A DNA stretch of 24,510 nucleotides from a virus (lineage: Duplodnaviria; Heunggongvirae; Uroviricota; Caudoviricetes). Of the stretch, positions 1-8,418 are shown piece after piece. The notes under the pieces were generated by a model that did not search any database, had not been told where the DNA came from, and saw only the letters and a list, made by a program, of their open reading frames with translations. Numbering within the stretch: position 1 is the first letter of the stretch; each line of letters opens with the position of its first letter. The stretch lies in IMG/VR virus record IMGVR_UViG_2579778952_000010; one strand, written 5' to 3'. The position numbers and the translations under genes were made by a program.

Positions 1-1284
1 TTACAGACTTCTTGAAGGTTGCGCAGCTGTTACAACACGCGGTTGATCTTCCGCGGCATCTTCCAGTGCACTTAAATCACGGTCTTTCACTTCTGGCATT
101 TTCAGCGCAGAGATTAAACCAATCACTGAATATGCCATGATCATAATGGCGATCGGATACCAGGATTCCGTCATGGTGCAGAAAATCCCCGCCAGGATAG
201 GACCAAAACCGGAAGCGATAAGACCACCAATTTCTTTAGAAATGGCCATCCGGGTAAAGCGATTTTTACAGCCGAACATTTCTGCCATGGTAATGTTTTC
301 CAGAGCAAATAATCCCAGCACCGCACAGTTATGAATCACAATCAGTGCAACCATAATGGTGCTCGGGGCATAGCTTTTATCTACGATGATAGAAAGCATT
401 GGCCACGCCAGCACAATCGCAGAGGTATTCATAATAATATACGGGATCCGGCGACCAATTTTATCGGATAACCAACCAAGGAACGGAATGGTCATAAAGC
501 CGAGAATCGAACTGATCATCAATGCATCTGTTGGAATTGCTTTGTTAAACAATAACGTCTGCACTAAATAGCCTGCAAGGAAAGTCTGAATTAAACCTGA
601 GTTACCCGCCTGACCAAAACGCAGCCCTGTTGCCAGCCAGAAGGATTTGCTCTGGAACATGCTACCAGCAGGTGCAGGTTTTGCTGTCGGTTGGTTGCTG
701 TCGTTAACCTTCTCAAAGACCGGGCTTTCTTTCAGATTCATACGCAACCAGATAGCAAAGACCATCACGACAACGCTCGCCAGGAACGGTATACGCCATC
801 CCCACGCCAACAGTTCCTCTTTACTGAGAATGAAGAACATAAAGGCCCAGATTGCCGTTGCGCTCAAGGTTCCGCAGTTAGTCCCCATAGCAACAAATGA
901 GGAGATAATTCCGCGCTTACCTTTTGGCGCATATTCCGCCAGCATCGTACCGGCACCGGAAATTTCCGCGCCTGCCCCCAGCCCCTGAATAATACGCAGC
1001 GTCACCAGCAAAATTGGCGCAAACACACCAATTTGTGCATAGGTCGGCAGCACACCAATTAAGGTGGTACAGATCCCCATCATAGTGATGGTAATAAAGA
1101 GCACTTTTTTACGCCCGATTCTGTCGCCCATTTTGCCGAAAATAAATGCTCCGACAATACGCGCCACATAACCTGCACCATAGGTTCCCATTGCCAGAAT
1201 TAACGCCATTGCCGTTGATGATTCAGGAAAAAATATTTCATGAAACACTAACGCTGCGCCGAGCGAATATAACTGGAAATCCAT
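1..1284 (-). CDS. ydfJ: MFS metabolite:H+ symporter-type transporter, 5'-truncated host gene (N-terminal part of TM1 missing)
   Basis: 427-aa ORF with multiple hydrophobic helices and the MFS loop motif G-D-R-I-G-R-K-K after TM2. It begins MDFQLY..ALVF..FFP, i.e. inside the conserved EW[YF]DF..Y motif of TM1, and an in-frame TGA lies 3 nt upstream of the ATG (1288..1290). The sequence matches my recollection of E. coli YdfJ; identity not verified by search. Confidence 0.8.
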   Translation of the reverse strand: MDFQLYSLGAALVFHEIFFPESSTAMALILAMGTYGAGYVARIVGAFIFGKMGDRIGRKKVLFITITMMGICTTLIGVLPTYAQIGVFAPILLVTLRIIQGLGAGAEISGAGTMLAEYAPKGKRGIISSFVAMGTNCGTLSATAIWAFMFFILSKEELLAWGWRIPFLASVVVMVFAIWLRMNLKESPVFEKVNDSNQPTAKPAPAGSMFQSKSFWLATGLRFGQAGNSGLIQTFLAGYLVQTLLFNKAIPTDALMISSILGFMTIPFLGWLSDKIGRRIPYIIMNTSAIVLAWPMLSIIVDKSYAPSTIMVALIVIHNCAVLGLFALENITMAEMFGCKNRFTRMAISKEIGGLIASGFGPILAGIFCTMTESWYPIAIMIMAYSVIGLISALKMPEVKDRDLSALEDAAEDQPRVVTAAQPSRSL

Positions 1285-1675
1285 GATTCATAGATATTTT
1301 TTGCCATCCTGTGGATTTTTTGGTGTTTTCTGAGTTTTTTCAGATAGTTGTATTTTTTCTAAAAACTCCCGATCTCGATTTTACTGTTTGTCTGAGGTCT
1401 TTTTATGTCCCATATATGTCCCAAGGTGCCCCATGTAAATCCAATTCAACTCAACGCGTCCCTGCTCAATATTTTTACAAGGGGCTGGCATATCAGTGTT
1501 TTTATTGCGTAACGTCAAACGCTCGGATTAAGCGTGAATCATCAAGATTATTCAGTTCTTCCTTCATCTCCCGCTGACGTTGATAAATCTCGTGATTGCG
1601 ATCGACCTGCGCCTGCGCCATCTGTCAGCGCACCTGATATCACTACAGACATAGTTTTTCTCGCGATAAATTAAA
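1285..1675. other. Non-coding AT-rich region between host gene junction and tail fibre assembly gene; probable location of the prophage/host junction (att core)
   Basis: No convincing ORF. The host gene reading frame is broken immediately upstream of its ATG. The region is AT-rich with regularly spaced T-tracts. Confidence 0.35.
1297..1358. repeat. Array of four T6 tracts spaced about 19 bp apart
   Basis: TTTTTT at 1297-1302, 1316-1321, 1335-1340 and 1353-1358 on the + strand, read directly from the sequence. Confidence 0.6.
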
Positions 1676-2221
1676 TCAGGAAGAGGCTTCCGGAGAGACG
1701 GGCCATTCAATGGCGTTATATGAGGTTTTATCAGTGATGGGGCTGAAATCCATCGCCTGCAGCGATTTCGCGTAAATGCGGTACGCTTTCAGTTTTTCCC
1801 TGTCTTCGTCACTGATTAATCCCAGCAGCAGGTCTTTTTCCCATTCGCTGGTCATGATGCTGACCTGTTTTAACAGGGCATCACGCTCATCTTCCGCTTT
1901 AAGTTTGTAGTCAAAAACAAACTCACCACTGCGGTAAAACCAGTATCCCGGTACGGTGATACGGCGGTTAGCGGTAATATCCGGGAATTCAATGATACTG
2001 ACGTTAGTGGGTTCGATACCTGTCACATCCTTACCGACCCACACCACGCGCCCGCTGTCGTTATAGGCTGCTTTTATGGTGTCGCTGGCAAAATTCTTCT
2101 GTTCTTCATACCAGTTTTTGCCATCTTCCGAAAAAAGCCAGACAATACTATGCCGTTTTGTCATCTGATATTGCTCTGCCGTTTTCGGATTACCCGCAGT
2201 GATATTTTTTAAATGAAGCAT
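1676..2221 (-). CDS. Tail fibre assembly protein (Tfa family chaperone)
   Basis: 181-aa ORF immediately downstream of the tail fibre gene (fibre stop TAA, 2 nt, then ATG). C-terminus ...IEWPVSPE is typical of Tfa/Mu U-type fibre chaperones. Confidence 0.8.
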   Translation of the reverse strand: MLHLKNITAGNPKTAEQYQMTKRHSIVWLFSEDGKNWYEEQKNFASDTIKAAYNDSGRVVWVGKDVTGIEPTNVSIIEFPDITANRRITVPGYWFYRSGEFVFDYKLKAEDERDALLKQVSIMTSEWEKDLLLGLISDEDREKLKAYRIYAKSLQAMDFSPITDKTSYNAIEWPVSPEASS

Positions 2222-2223
2222 TG

Positions 2224-3234
2224 TTATACACTCGCCGCGTTATACCAGGTGCCATTAATTAATTTCTGAAGGGGTCTTGAGTACAGCTTTAATGACGTTG
2301 AAGGATGCACATCACCACCAACCACGACATACCCCGAAGGAACGGTAAAATCATCATCATAGTGTCCGTCGACCCTCTGGCCTCCCAGCCGGATATCCTC
2401 CACGCCCTCCGTCCTCTGCTTATAGCGGGCATCAAAATTTGCGTAGTCTGACGGTGTTACCCGCCCTGTAACGTTTACTGCTTTATTGCTCTGAATGCCG
2501 CCACTCTGAAAACGCAGCACATGCTGGTTATTCGCATAAACATCCAGAATGCCGTCACCATTCTGTTTCAGGCCGGTATCGTTATCCCCGAAAGCAATTG
2601 AGTTTCCGCCCAGCGCGTTCTGAACGCCGATACCCAGCGCACCATTGACCTGCGAACCACCGCCAACAGACACTTTATGCGACATGGATATTTCACCCGT
2701 CCGCAGATTAATAGTGAACGGGCGAAGTGGACCAATATCGCCATTCTCGCCCTGACCTTCACTGGTAGGGATAAGGTGCAGGCACTCTTCCGAGCGACGA
2801 AAAATCAGACCAAAGGCTTCGTTGAAAATCCTCAGTGCATTAACACCACGGATTTTCAGCTCCCCGGTCATGGTGTCTCCATCACGCTGAACAGCATTTT
2901 TTGCCTTGTCCACCGCAGGTTTTAATCCGAGGTTTTCAACAGCCTCATCACTGTCTTCGACATCCGAAAGATTATTTTTTATCAGCAATGCCTCTTCGTT
3001 AATCGCACTGCCAACCAGTAATAATATGGCTTTATATAACTGGTCGTGTTCCTCTTTATTCAGTTCTATCCCGGCCTTCTCAATGACACCACAGATTTCC
3101 TCCTGAAGGGCATCCCACATGGCACTGTTCAGCCAGGTGGCATGACGCCCTGTACGAATATTCCCGTCAGTAAATCCGTTCTTGCCCGGGCCAAATTTAT
3201 CTTTAACTGCTGTCGGAGTGTCAATTCTGTGCAT
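2224..3234 (-). CDS. Tail fibre protein
   Basis: 336-aa ORF with strong SD (GGGAGG, 6 nt, ATG). The N-terminal region ...ATWLNSAMWDALQEEICGVI... matches the conserved N-terminal domain of Mu S/lambda Stf-type fibres. Gly/Asn/Ser-rich beta-type C-terminal part. Confidence 0.8.
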   Translation of the reverse strand: MHRIDTPTAVKDKFGPGKNGFTDGNIRTGRHATWLNSAMWDALQEEICGVIEKAGIELNKEEHDQLYKAILLLVGSAINEEALLIKNNLSDVEDSDEAVENLGLKPAVDKAKNAVQRDGDTMTGELKIRGVNALRIFNEAFGLIFRRSEECLHLIPTSEGQGENGDIGPLRPFTINLRTGEISMSHKVSVGGGSQVNGALGIGVQNALGGNSIAFGDNDTGLKQNGDGILDVYANNQHVLRFQSGGIQSNKAVNVTGRVTPSDYANFDARYKQRTEGVEDIRLGGQRVDGHYDDDFTVPSGYVVVGGDVHPSTSLKLYSRPLQKLINGTWYNAASV

Positions 3235-3264
3235 ATTAAACCTCCCGTGAATGAAATATCAGAA

Positions 3265-4314
3265 TTATGTCCTTGCCTGATTAAACAATTCCGCTGTGAA
3301 AGTCAGTTCACCCTTTGTGAAGGGAGTGTTCCCTCCTGGTTGGGTCATAAAACTCTGTGAGACAGTCGTCCAGCTGTTTGTGTCGCTTTGTACGCCATTC
3401 TCTGTAATCGTTGCGCCTGCATGGCTGCCATTTTTCACTTTCCAGGCCAGGCGGTTATTGGGGGCATCAGCACCGCGGTAAGTGACCGAGGCCATAACAG
3501 CCACAACATCACTGTTGCTGTTATCCACCGCACCAAACGTGGCCTGTGCTGCATTCAGGGACGGCGAGAGCATCAGATATCCGGCCTCGCTGTCAGAGGT
3601 GTTCAGCCCCGTGACAATATCTTTATTCAGTGAGTTTTTGGCGCTTCCACCGGTAAATGCCATTACCGGGCTGTATCTGACCTCAATACTTCCGAGCAGG
3701 GCGGGTTCCGCGCTGTTATTTTTTCCGTATGCCACTGTTCCACAGTACATATCACCCAGCATTAACGTGCCGGATGCACCCGATGAAAAAATATTGTCAC
3801 CACTACCAATACTCACCTGAATTTTGTCAGTCCGGTCATCTGATACATAAAACGATGTATTTCCAACTAATGAGCGGTTGCAGTACAGACTGGCTGAGAC
3901 ATAGCCGTTTTCGTTTCGCGTTGCGAAAATTTCATAGTAATAACTGGCTGCTTCATCAGGATACGGGGTTGTAAATGAATAGCCATTAATCCTGATGTGG
4001 GATGGCGAAGATGAATATTTCTTTCCCGCACTTAATGTCAGACGAAATCCCAGCTGCACAGCTGAGGCTTTTAAGTCCGGAAGTGTGCTGTACAGTGTGA
4101 CATATGAGGGTGTCGTGAAAATCAGCCCCGTTCTTTCTACAGTATTTACGGCCTGAGTGCCACGACAGACGGATGTTACAGAACCGGACATATCATTGAT
4201 AAGCGTGACACCGTTTTCGTTCAGTGCTGAAATAATATTTGTTGAATAATAGTTCTCGCACAATCCCTCATTCGCCGGAATTTGTCGAAAACTTTCGAGT
4301 TTAATAATATTCAA
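3265..4314 (-). CDS. Hypothetical protein, Ser/Thr/Gly/Asn/Tyr-rich; possibly a second fibre/receptor-binding or accessory tail protein
   Basis: 349-aa ORF with TTG start preceded by AAGGAG (7-nt spacer), located between the gp48-like gene and the tail fibre gene. No family recognised by eye. Confidence 0.6.
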   Translation of the reverse strand: MNIIKLESFRQIPANEGLCENYYSTNIISALNENGVTLINDMSGSVTSVCRGTQAVNTVERTGLIFTTPSYVTLYSTLPDLKASAVQLGFRLTLSAGKKYSSSPSHIRINGYSFTTPYPDEAASYYYEIFATRNENGYVSASLYCNRSLVGNTSFYVSDDRTDKIQVSIGSGDNIFSSGASGTLMLGDMYCGTVAYGKNNSAEPALLGSIEVRYSPVMAFTGGSAKNSLNKDIVTGLNTSDSEAGYLMLSPSLNAAQATFGAVDNSNSDVVAVMASVTYRGADAPNNRLAWKVKNGSHAGATITENGVQSDTNSWTTVSQSFMTQPGGNTPFTKGELTFTAELFNQART

Positions 4315-4337
4315 AGCGGCTCTCCTTTTATTTTATG

Positions 4338-5297
4338 TCATTCGGACGTGACCACAGCAAAATGCAGTCCCGGGTGATTAATCAATAACGGTTCACGGGT
4401 TCTGCTGGCTGTCTGCAACTGCATACTGTTAACCGGTACGGGGGAGCGGGTCCTGTATCCCGTCTGCAACTGTGCGCTGTTCATGGTCATGGGGTCCGTT
4501 GTCGGCAGACCTGAGTGCAATTGCGCCCTGCTGAGTACCAGTGGTTCTGCCATCGGACGGGCGGCATAAAAGTTAATCCGGTTAATTGTCAGCGGCTTAC
4601 CTGTCAGTGCCGGAACAACCGCAAAATGAACACCTGTATGATTAATCGCTAATGGCTCAGTCGTCTTGTGTCCGGCCTGAAAGGAGAGGCTGTTTATAGT
4701 CAGGGCAGCTTGTTGCCCTTCACCAGACTCATCCGGATATGCAAAAAGGACAACAGTATGCGACGGACATAATTTATTAATCACGCACTCCGCAACCGTA
4801 TCACCCCACGTCCGGATCGGTGTGTTACAGGTGTCCGAACATGTCTGCCACTGAGCACCGGCATCCACCGGCAACGTCACACGCCAGAAATAACGCCAGC
4901 GATCACCCCATTCCGGATCGGGGCTTGCATCCAGGTGCTGGAACTGTTCGATCGTCACGCCGGTATATCCCAGCGCCTCAAGCTGCTCCAGGAAGAACTG
5001 CTCATTTATGCCACCAGCCACATTGGCTTTTGCTTCCAGCCGTTGCTGACGCTGGCGTAATGTCTGGGCTCCAACAGGAGAACAGGTGTCAGGTAAACCA
5101 TACAATTCTTCATAACGTTCAATCAGCTCTGTTGACTGACCAGGATCGATTTCAGCCATCAGTTCATCAGCCCGCTGATGAACACGTACAAGCGATGGTG
5201 CCAGACCATCAAGCACGCCGTCGGTATCGCTCCATGCAGGCCCCGGCGGCATCAGTCCGTACAGCAGCTTTTTATAATCATCCTGTAACGAATCCAT
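4338..5297 (-). CDS. Mu gp48-like baseplate/tail protein (DUF2313, YmfQ-like) with C-terminal repeat extension
   Basis: N-terminus MDSLQDDYKKLLYGLMPPGPAWSD... resembles DUF2313 tail proteins. Position immediately downstream of the baseplate J-like gene matches Mu gene order. Confidence 0.65.
   Translation of the reverse strand: MDSLQDDYKKLLYGLMPPGPAWSDTDGVLDGLAPSLVRVHQRADELMAEIDPGQSTELIERYEELYGLPDTCSPVGAQTLRQRQQRLEAKANVAGGINEQFFLEQLEALGYTGVTIEQFQHLDASPDPEWGDRWRYFWRVTLPVDAGAQWQTCSDTCNTPIRTWGDTVAECVINKLCPSHTVVLFAYPDESGEGQQAALTINSLSFQAGHKTTEPLAINHTGVHFAVVPALTGKPLTINRINFYAARPMAEPLVLSRAQLHSGLPTTDPMTMNSAQLQTGYRTRSPVPVNSMQLQTASRTREPLLINHPGLHFAVVTSE
4341..4661 (-). repeat. Imperfect intragenic direct repeats encoding the C-terminal about 107 aa of the gp48-like protein
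   Basis: Protein repeats EPLAINHTGVHFAVV / EPLLINHPGLHFAVV and NSAQLQTGYRTR / NSMQLQTASRTR; corresponding DNA repeats near 4358-4395 and 4619-4656. Confidence 0.6.
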
Positions 5298-6379
5298 TAT
5301 TTACTCCTTGCCGGGTCATAAGCCTGCCAGGTGATCTCGCCGAGCACCGGAAGCTCGGTCTCCCCCAGGTCAATATCCGATGAAGGGACGATTAACCGGT
5401 GGGCCACTTCACCAGCAGACAAACTGATGGCCTCACTGATTCTGGACAGATACATACGCCCCTCTGGCACACCATCCCGTAACATCAGTGCATTCAGCTC
5501 TGCTTTTATTGCAGTCCTGATCTGCGGTGTGTCTTTCGATAATGCAATCGTCATCGGGATGACTTTTTCTGTGGCACCGAATACATACAATCCGCTTCCG
5601 GCAACCGGTGTCAGAGGAAGAATGTGCTCTCTGACTGCATTAATGACGCTTTCATCCGGAGCCGGATGTTCCGGATCGTTTGTCGCCACCATCACCCCTA
5701 CCGTTCCTATTCCTCTCCAGTGACGGTATGTCCATGCGCGCGTAATACCAGGCACTTCTTTAGCCCAGACGACATAATCCCCGTCAGCCCCGCCCTGAGG
5801 CGTCCAGTAATACCGCTCAATGACGCGGGCGCGCCACGTTTCCAGATCTTCAGTATCGAATCCGCCGGTCAGGGTATCAGCCACACCAGACGACGGCAGA
5901 CCATTCACCGGCGTGACCAGGATTAATGCCGTACCGTCGTCAGCATTACCGACCGCACCTGCAGTTGAGCAGGCGATCGGCACGCGCAGGACACCACCGG
6001 AGCTGGTTGCATCGGCAGTTGCTGTGTACTGAACCAGGTCATCGCGCTGAATAACACTCCCGGCGGTCACCTTCAGGTCATCGCTGACATCTTCCCAGCG
6101 CATATACCCGCTGGCAGCCGTGGCCCCCTTGCGCGGACACCGTTTCATCGCAGCATGTCGCGCCAGCCAGGATTCATTACACCGGTCAGGCAGTATGTTC
6201 ATTGCCAGATAATCGATGTAACCGTAAACCGTATGCAGCGCCGCCGCATACACCTTTGCCCGCACGTCTTCATCCATGCGCCGGAGTGGGTCACTGACGT
6301 CCAGCCTGGCGAATAAATCGTTACGGAGCATACTGATATTTTCTGCCAGCGTCGGGCGCTGAAATTCACTGTCCGCCAT
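5297..6379 (-). CDS. Baseplate J-like protein (Mu gp47 family)
   Basis: 360-aa ORF; size, position between gp46-like and gp48-like genes and overall sequence character fit the baseplate J family. Start/stop overlaps with neighbours indicate translational coupling. Confidence 0.75.
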   Translation of the reverse strand: MADSEFQRPTLAENISMLRNDLFARLDVSDPLRRMDEDVRAKVYAAALHTVYGYIDYLAMNILPDRCNESWLARHAAMKRCPRKGATAASGYMRWEDVSDDLKVTAGSVIQRDDLVQYTATADATSSGGVLRVPIACSTAGAVGNADDGTALILVTPVNGLPSSGVADTLTGGFDTEDLETWRARVIERYYWTPQGGADGDYVVWAKEVPGITRAWTYRHWRGIGTVGVMVATNDPEHPAPDESVINAVREHILPLTPVAGSGLYVFGATEKVIPMTIALSKDTPQIRTAIKAELNALMLRDGVPEGRMYLSRISEAISLSAGEVAHRLIVPSSDIDLGETELPVLGEITWQAYDPARSK

Positions 6380-6794
6380 GCGTTATCGCACTCCACAGAT
6401 TATCAAAAGAAATCATTACCGGTCCGTCACGTCGCCAGAGAGTGATACTGTTACCCAGTTCATTAATCCCGGTGCGGCGGATATCCAGATCAATACGGGA
6501 CACCACACCGTCATCAATCATCCATTGCAGGCATTCGCGGATATACCCCCTTACCGTCTGCACCAGCTGATTGGTCAGTTTGCTGCGCTGAAGCAGCCAC
6601 AGTCGGGAGCCGTAACGGTCATTCTGTACCGCAGGCCAGGTATCCCCCCACCATCCCATCGGGACGTCGGCGTTGTCATCAGGCTCCGCCCGCCGCCAGG
6701 TAAACAGGGAAATCACCACGGCGCGGGTCAGCGGGTCCAGCGGTGCGCTGGCACTGGTGCGTTTGCCGTTCACCGTCAGCCACAGTTCCATCAT
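6366..6794 (-). CDS. Mu gp46-like baseplate protein
   Basis: 142-aa ORF between the gp45-like and J-like genes, overlapping both; size and position as in Mu-type baseplate modules. Confidence 0.6.
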   Translation of the reverse strand: MMELWLTVNGKRTSASAPLDPLTRAVVISLFTWRRAEPDDNADVPMGWWGDTWPAVQNDRYGSRLWLLQRSKLTNQLVQTVRGYIRECLQWMIDDGVVSRIDLDIRRTGINELGNSITLWRRDGPVMISFDNLWSAITHGGQ

Positions 6795-7339
6795 GCCTCC
6801 ATCGCTTTATCAGGTTTGTCGGTGTTACTGCCCTGACCGTTCTCTCTGTGACGATGCCCGTTATAGGCAAGCCGCATCGCTGACATGGTGGTGCCGCCGG
6901 AGTCGCACAGGTCTTTCACCTGTCCTGTCACTTCCAGGTCCATTTCAAAACGTGCTTCAGGTGCATTGCGAAACGTGATCGTTTTACCTGCACCGTCCAC
7001 CACGATCCCCTCCCGGGTCAGCGTCACGGACTGCCCCTGATCGTCATAGACAGCCACCTCACCCGTCTTCAGCCCTTTCAGGCGGTAGCGCCGATCCGAC
7101 ACCGTAACAACCACCGCATGAGAACGGTCGCCATCCGGAAACAACACCACCGCTTCCGCACCGCTGTTTGCGCTTGCGGTAAAACCGTAGGGTTCAAGAT
7201 GTTCAACCCCGGCTTTGGGTTCACCTGCAATCAGGGACACATCCACGGTCTGACATTTCGTGGCGGCACTGATGCTTTTCACCACGGCCCGACCAATCAG
7301 GCCGAGGAGTTGTCGCTGCATGACTTCAATCGTCCTCAT
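6791..7339 (-). CDS. Baseplate assembly protein V / Mu gp45-like spike-hub protein
   Basis: 182-aa ORF in conserved position upstream of the gp46-like gene; stop overlaps the next start. Confidence 0.65.
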   Translation of the reverse strand: MRTIEVMQRQLLGLIGRAVVKSISAATKCQTVDVSLIAGEPKAGVEHLEPYGFTASANSGAEAVVLFPDGDRSHAVVVTVSDRRYRLKGLKTGEVAVYDDQGQSVTLTREGIVVDGAGKTITFRNAPEARFEMDLEVTGQVKDLCDSGGTTMSAMRLAYNGHRHRENGQGSNTDKPDKAMEA

Positions 7340-8418
7340 CAGAACGGGTCCTCCTGTACTCTGGCTTTTTTCTTTTTCCGCGCGCCGGGAGCCTCGGGTT
7401 CAGGCAGATAAGCATCAGGCGGGCCGACACGGATTTCCGTCAGGGTGCCGTTCTGGTCCTGAGTAAACGTGACTTCCGAGACAAGCAGTTCGGTATTGTC
7501 GAAACCACAGACCGGATCAAAAACAATCACCCGCTGGTTGGGCTGCCACAGCGTACCGTTACCCTGTCGCCAGCCCTGCACCACATAGGTGGTTTCATCC
7601 GTCCGCGCCGCCCGTTGTCGGGCTTCAAAGTCAGCACGGGCAATACAACCTGCCCCCGTAGCCTGCCCTGTCTGCCTGATATACATCGGACGGTAACGGG
7701 CAATAAATGCGTCCTCTGTGCGGGCCCTCAGCGCGGTGGTGGTGGCCTCACCGAAATCATCGTCGTTTCCGGCACGCTGCCCCGCCACCTGGTAAACAGA
7801 AAACCGCTCCCGGATACTCTTCTCCGTATCGCAGGAAAGGATGTTTTCCCCGAGCACCAGCGCAGTATGCGCCCGCGTTGAGCCAATACCGCCAATCACC
7901 AGCCTGCCGTGCGGGTCGTCGTAAGCCAGTGCCTGCTGCTGACCGAGTATTTTGTTGATTACCTCAATCACCGTTTCACCATGATCGGGCTGGACGTCAG
8001 GAATAACACCCGACGGCGCACCGCTGTTCACCACCTCAATGCCGAAGGGCGCAGCAAGCGCCTGCGCAATCTGTACCAGCGATCGTCCGTTAAACTGTGT
8101 CGGTTCGGCTGCACAGTCAATCAGGTCAGCAGTCAGACTACGTCCGGCAATACCGGTGCTGACCGAACGGGCATCGTAACGAACGGGGGTCGCCTCCACC
8201 CAGCCGGTGATCACCAGTTCATCACCAATCAGCACCTCCACTTTTGAACCGTTTTTAATGCGCGGCTGAAGCGTGGTGATACCCTCACCCCCCGGCCACT
8301 GGCGGGGGATCTCCACACTGAAATCCCGTGCCAGCCGTTCAATACCGGCACCGATGCGCACCGATGTCCAGCCATTCCACTCCCGGCCATTTACCCGTAG
8401 CGTGACATTGTCGTTCAT
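7339..8418 (-). CDS. Mu P-like tail/baseplate hub protein
   Basis: 359-aa ORF between the N-like and gp45-like genes; order matches Mu N-P-gp45. Confidence 0.6.
   Translation of the reverse strand: MNDNVTLRVNGREWNGWTSVRIGAGIERLARDFSVEIPRQWPGGEGITTLQPRIKNGSKVEVLIGDELVITGWVEATPVRYDARSVSTGIAGRSLTADLIDCAAEPTQFNGRSLVQIAQALAAPFGIEVVNSGAPSGVIPDVQPDHGETVIEVINKILGQQQALAYDDPHGRLVIGGIGSTRAHTALVLGENILSCDTEKSIRERFSVYQVAGQRAGNDDDFGEATTTALRARTEDAFIARYRPMYIRQTGQATGAGCIARADFEARQRAARTDETTYVVQGWRQGNGTLWQPNQRVIVFDPVCGFDNTELLVSEVTFTQDQNGTLTEIRVGPPDAYLPEPEAPGARKKKKARVQEDPF

Noticed and set aside
1282-1340. Short upstream frame (MAKNIYESW...) as the true N-terminus of the transporter
   Set aside because: It is in a different frame from the transporter body, is only 19 codons long and would supply too short an N-terminal region before TM1; more likely coincidental phage-side sequence at the junction.
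1285-3300. Invertible tail-fibre segment with pin/gin-type invertase
   Set aside because: No serine-recombinase-like ORF and no obvious long inverted repeats flank the fibre and chaperone genes; the region downstream of the chaperone is only 390 bp and non-coding.
4820-5383. 187-aa plus-strand ORF
   Set aside because: Lies entirely antisense to the gp48-like and baseplate J-like genes, has no SD, and shows the Arg/Pro/His-rich composition typical of antisense frames in GC-rich coding DNA.
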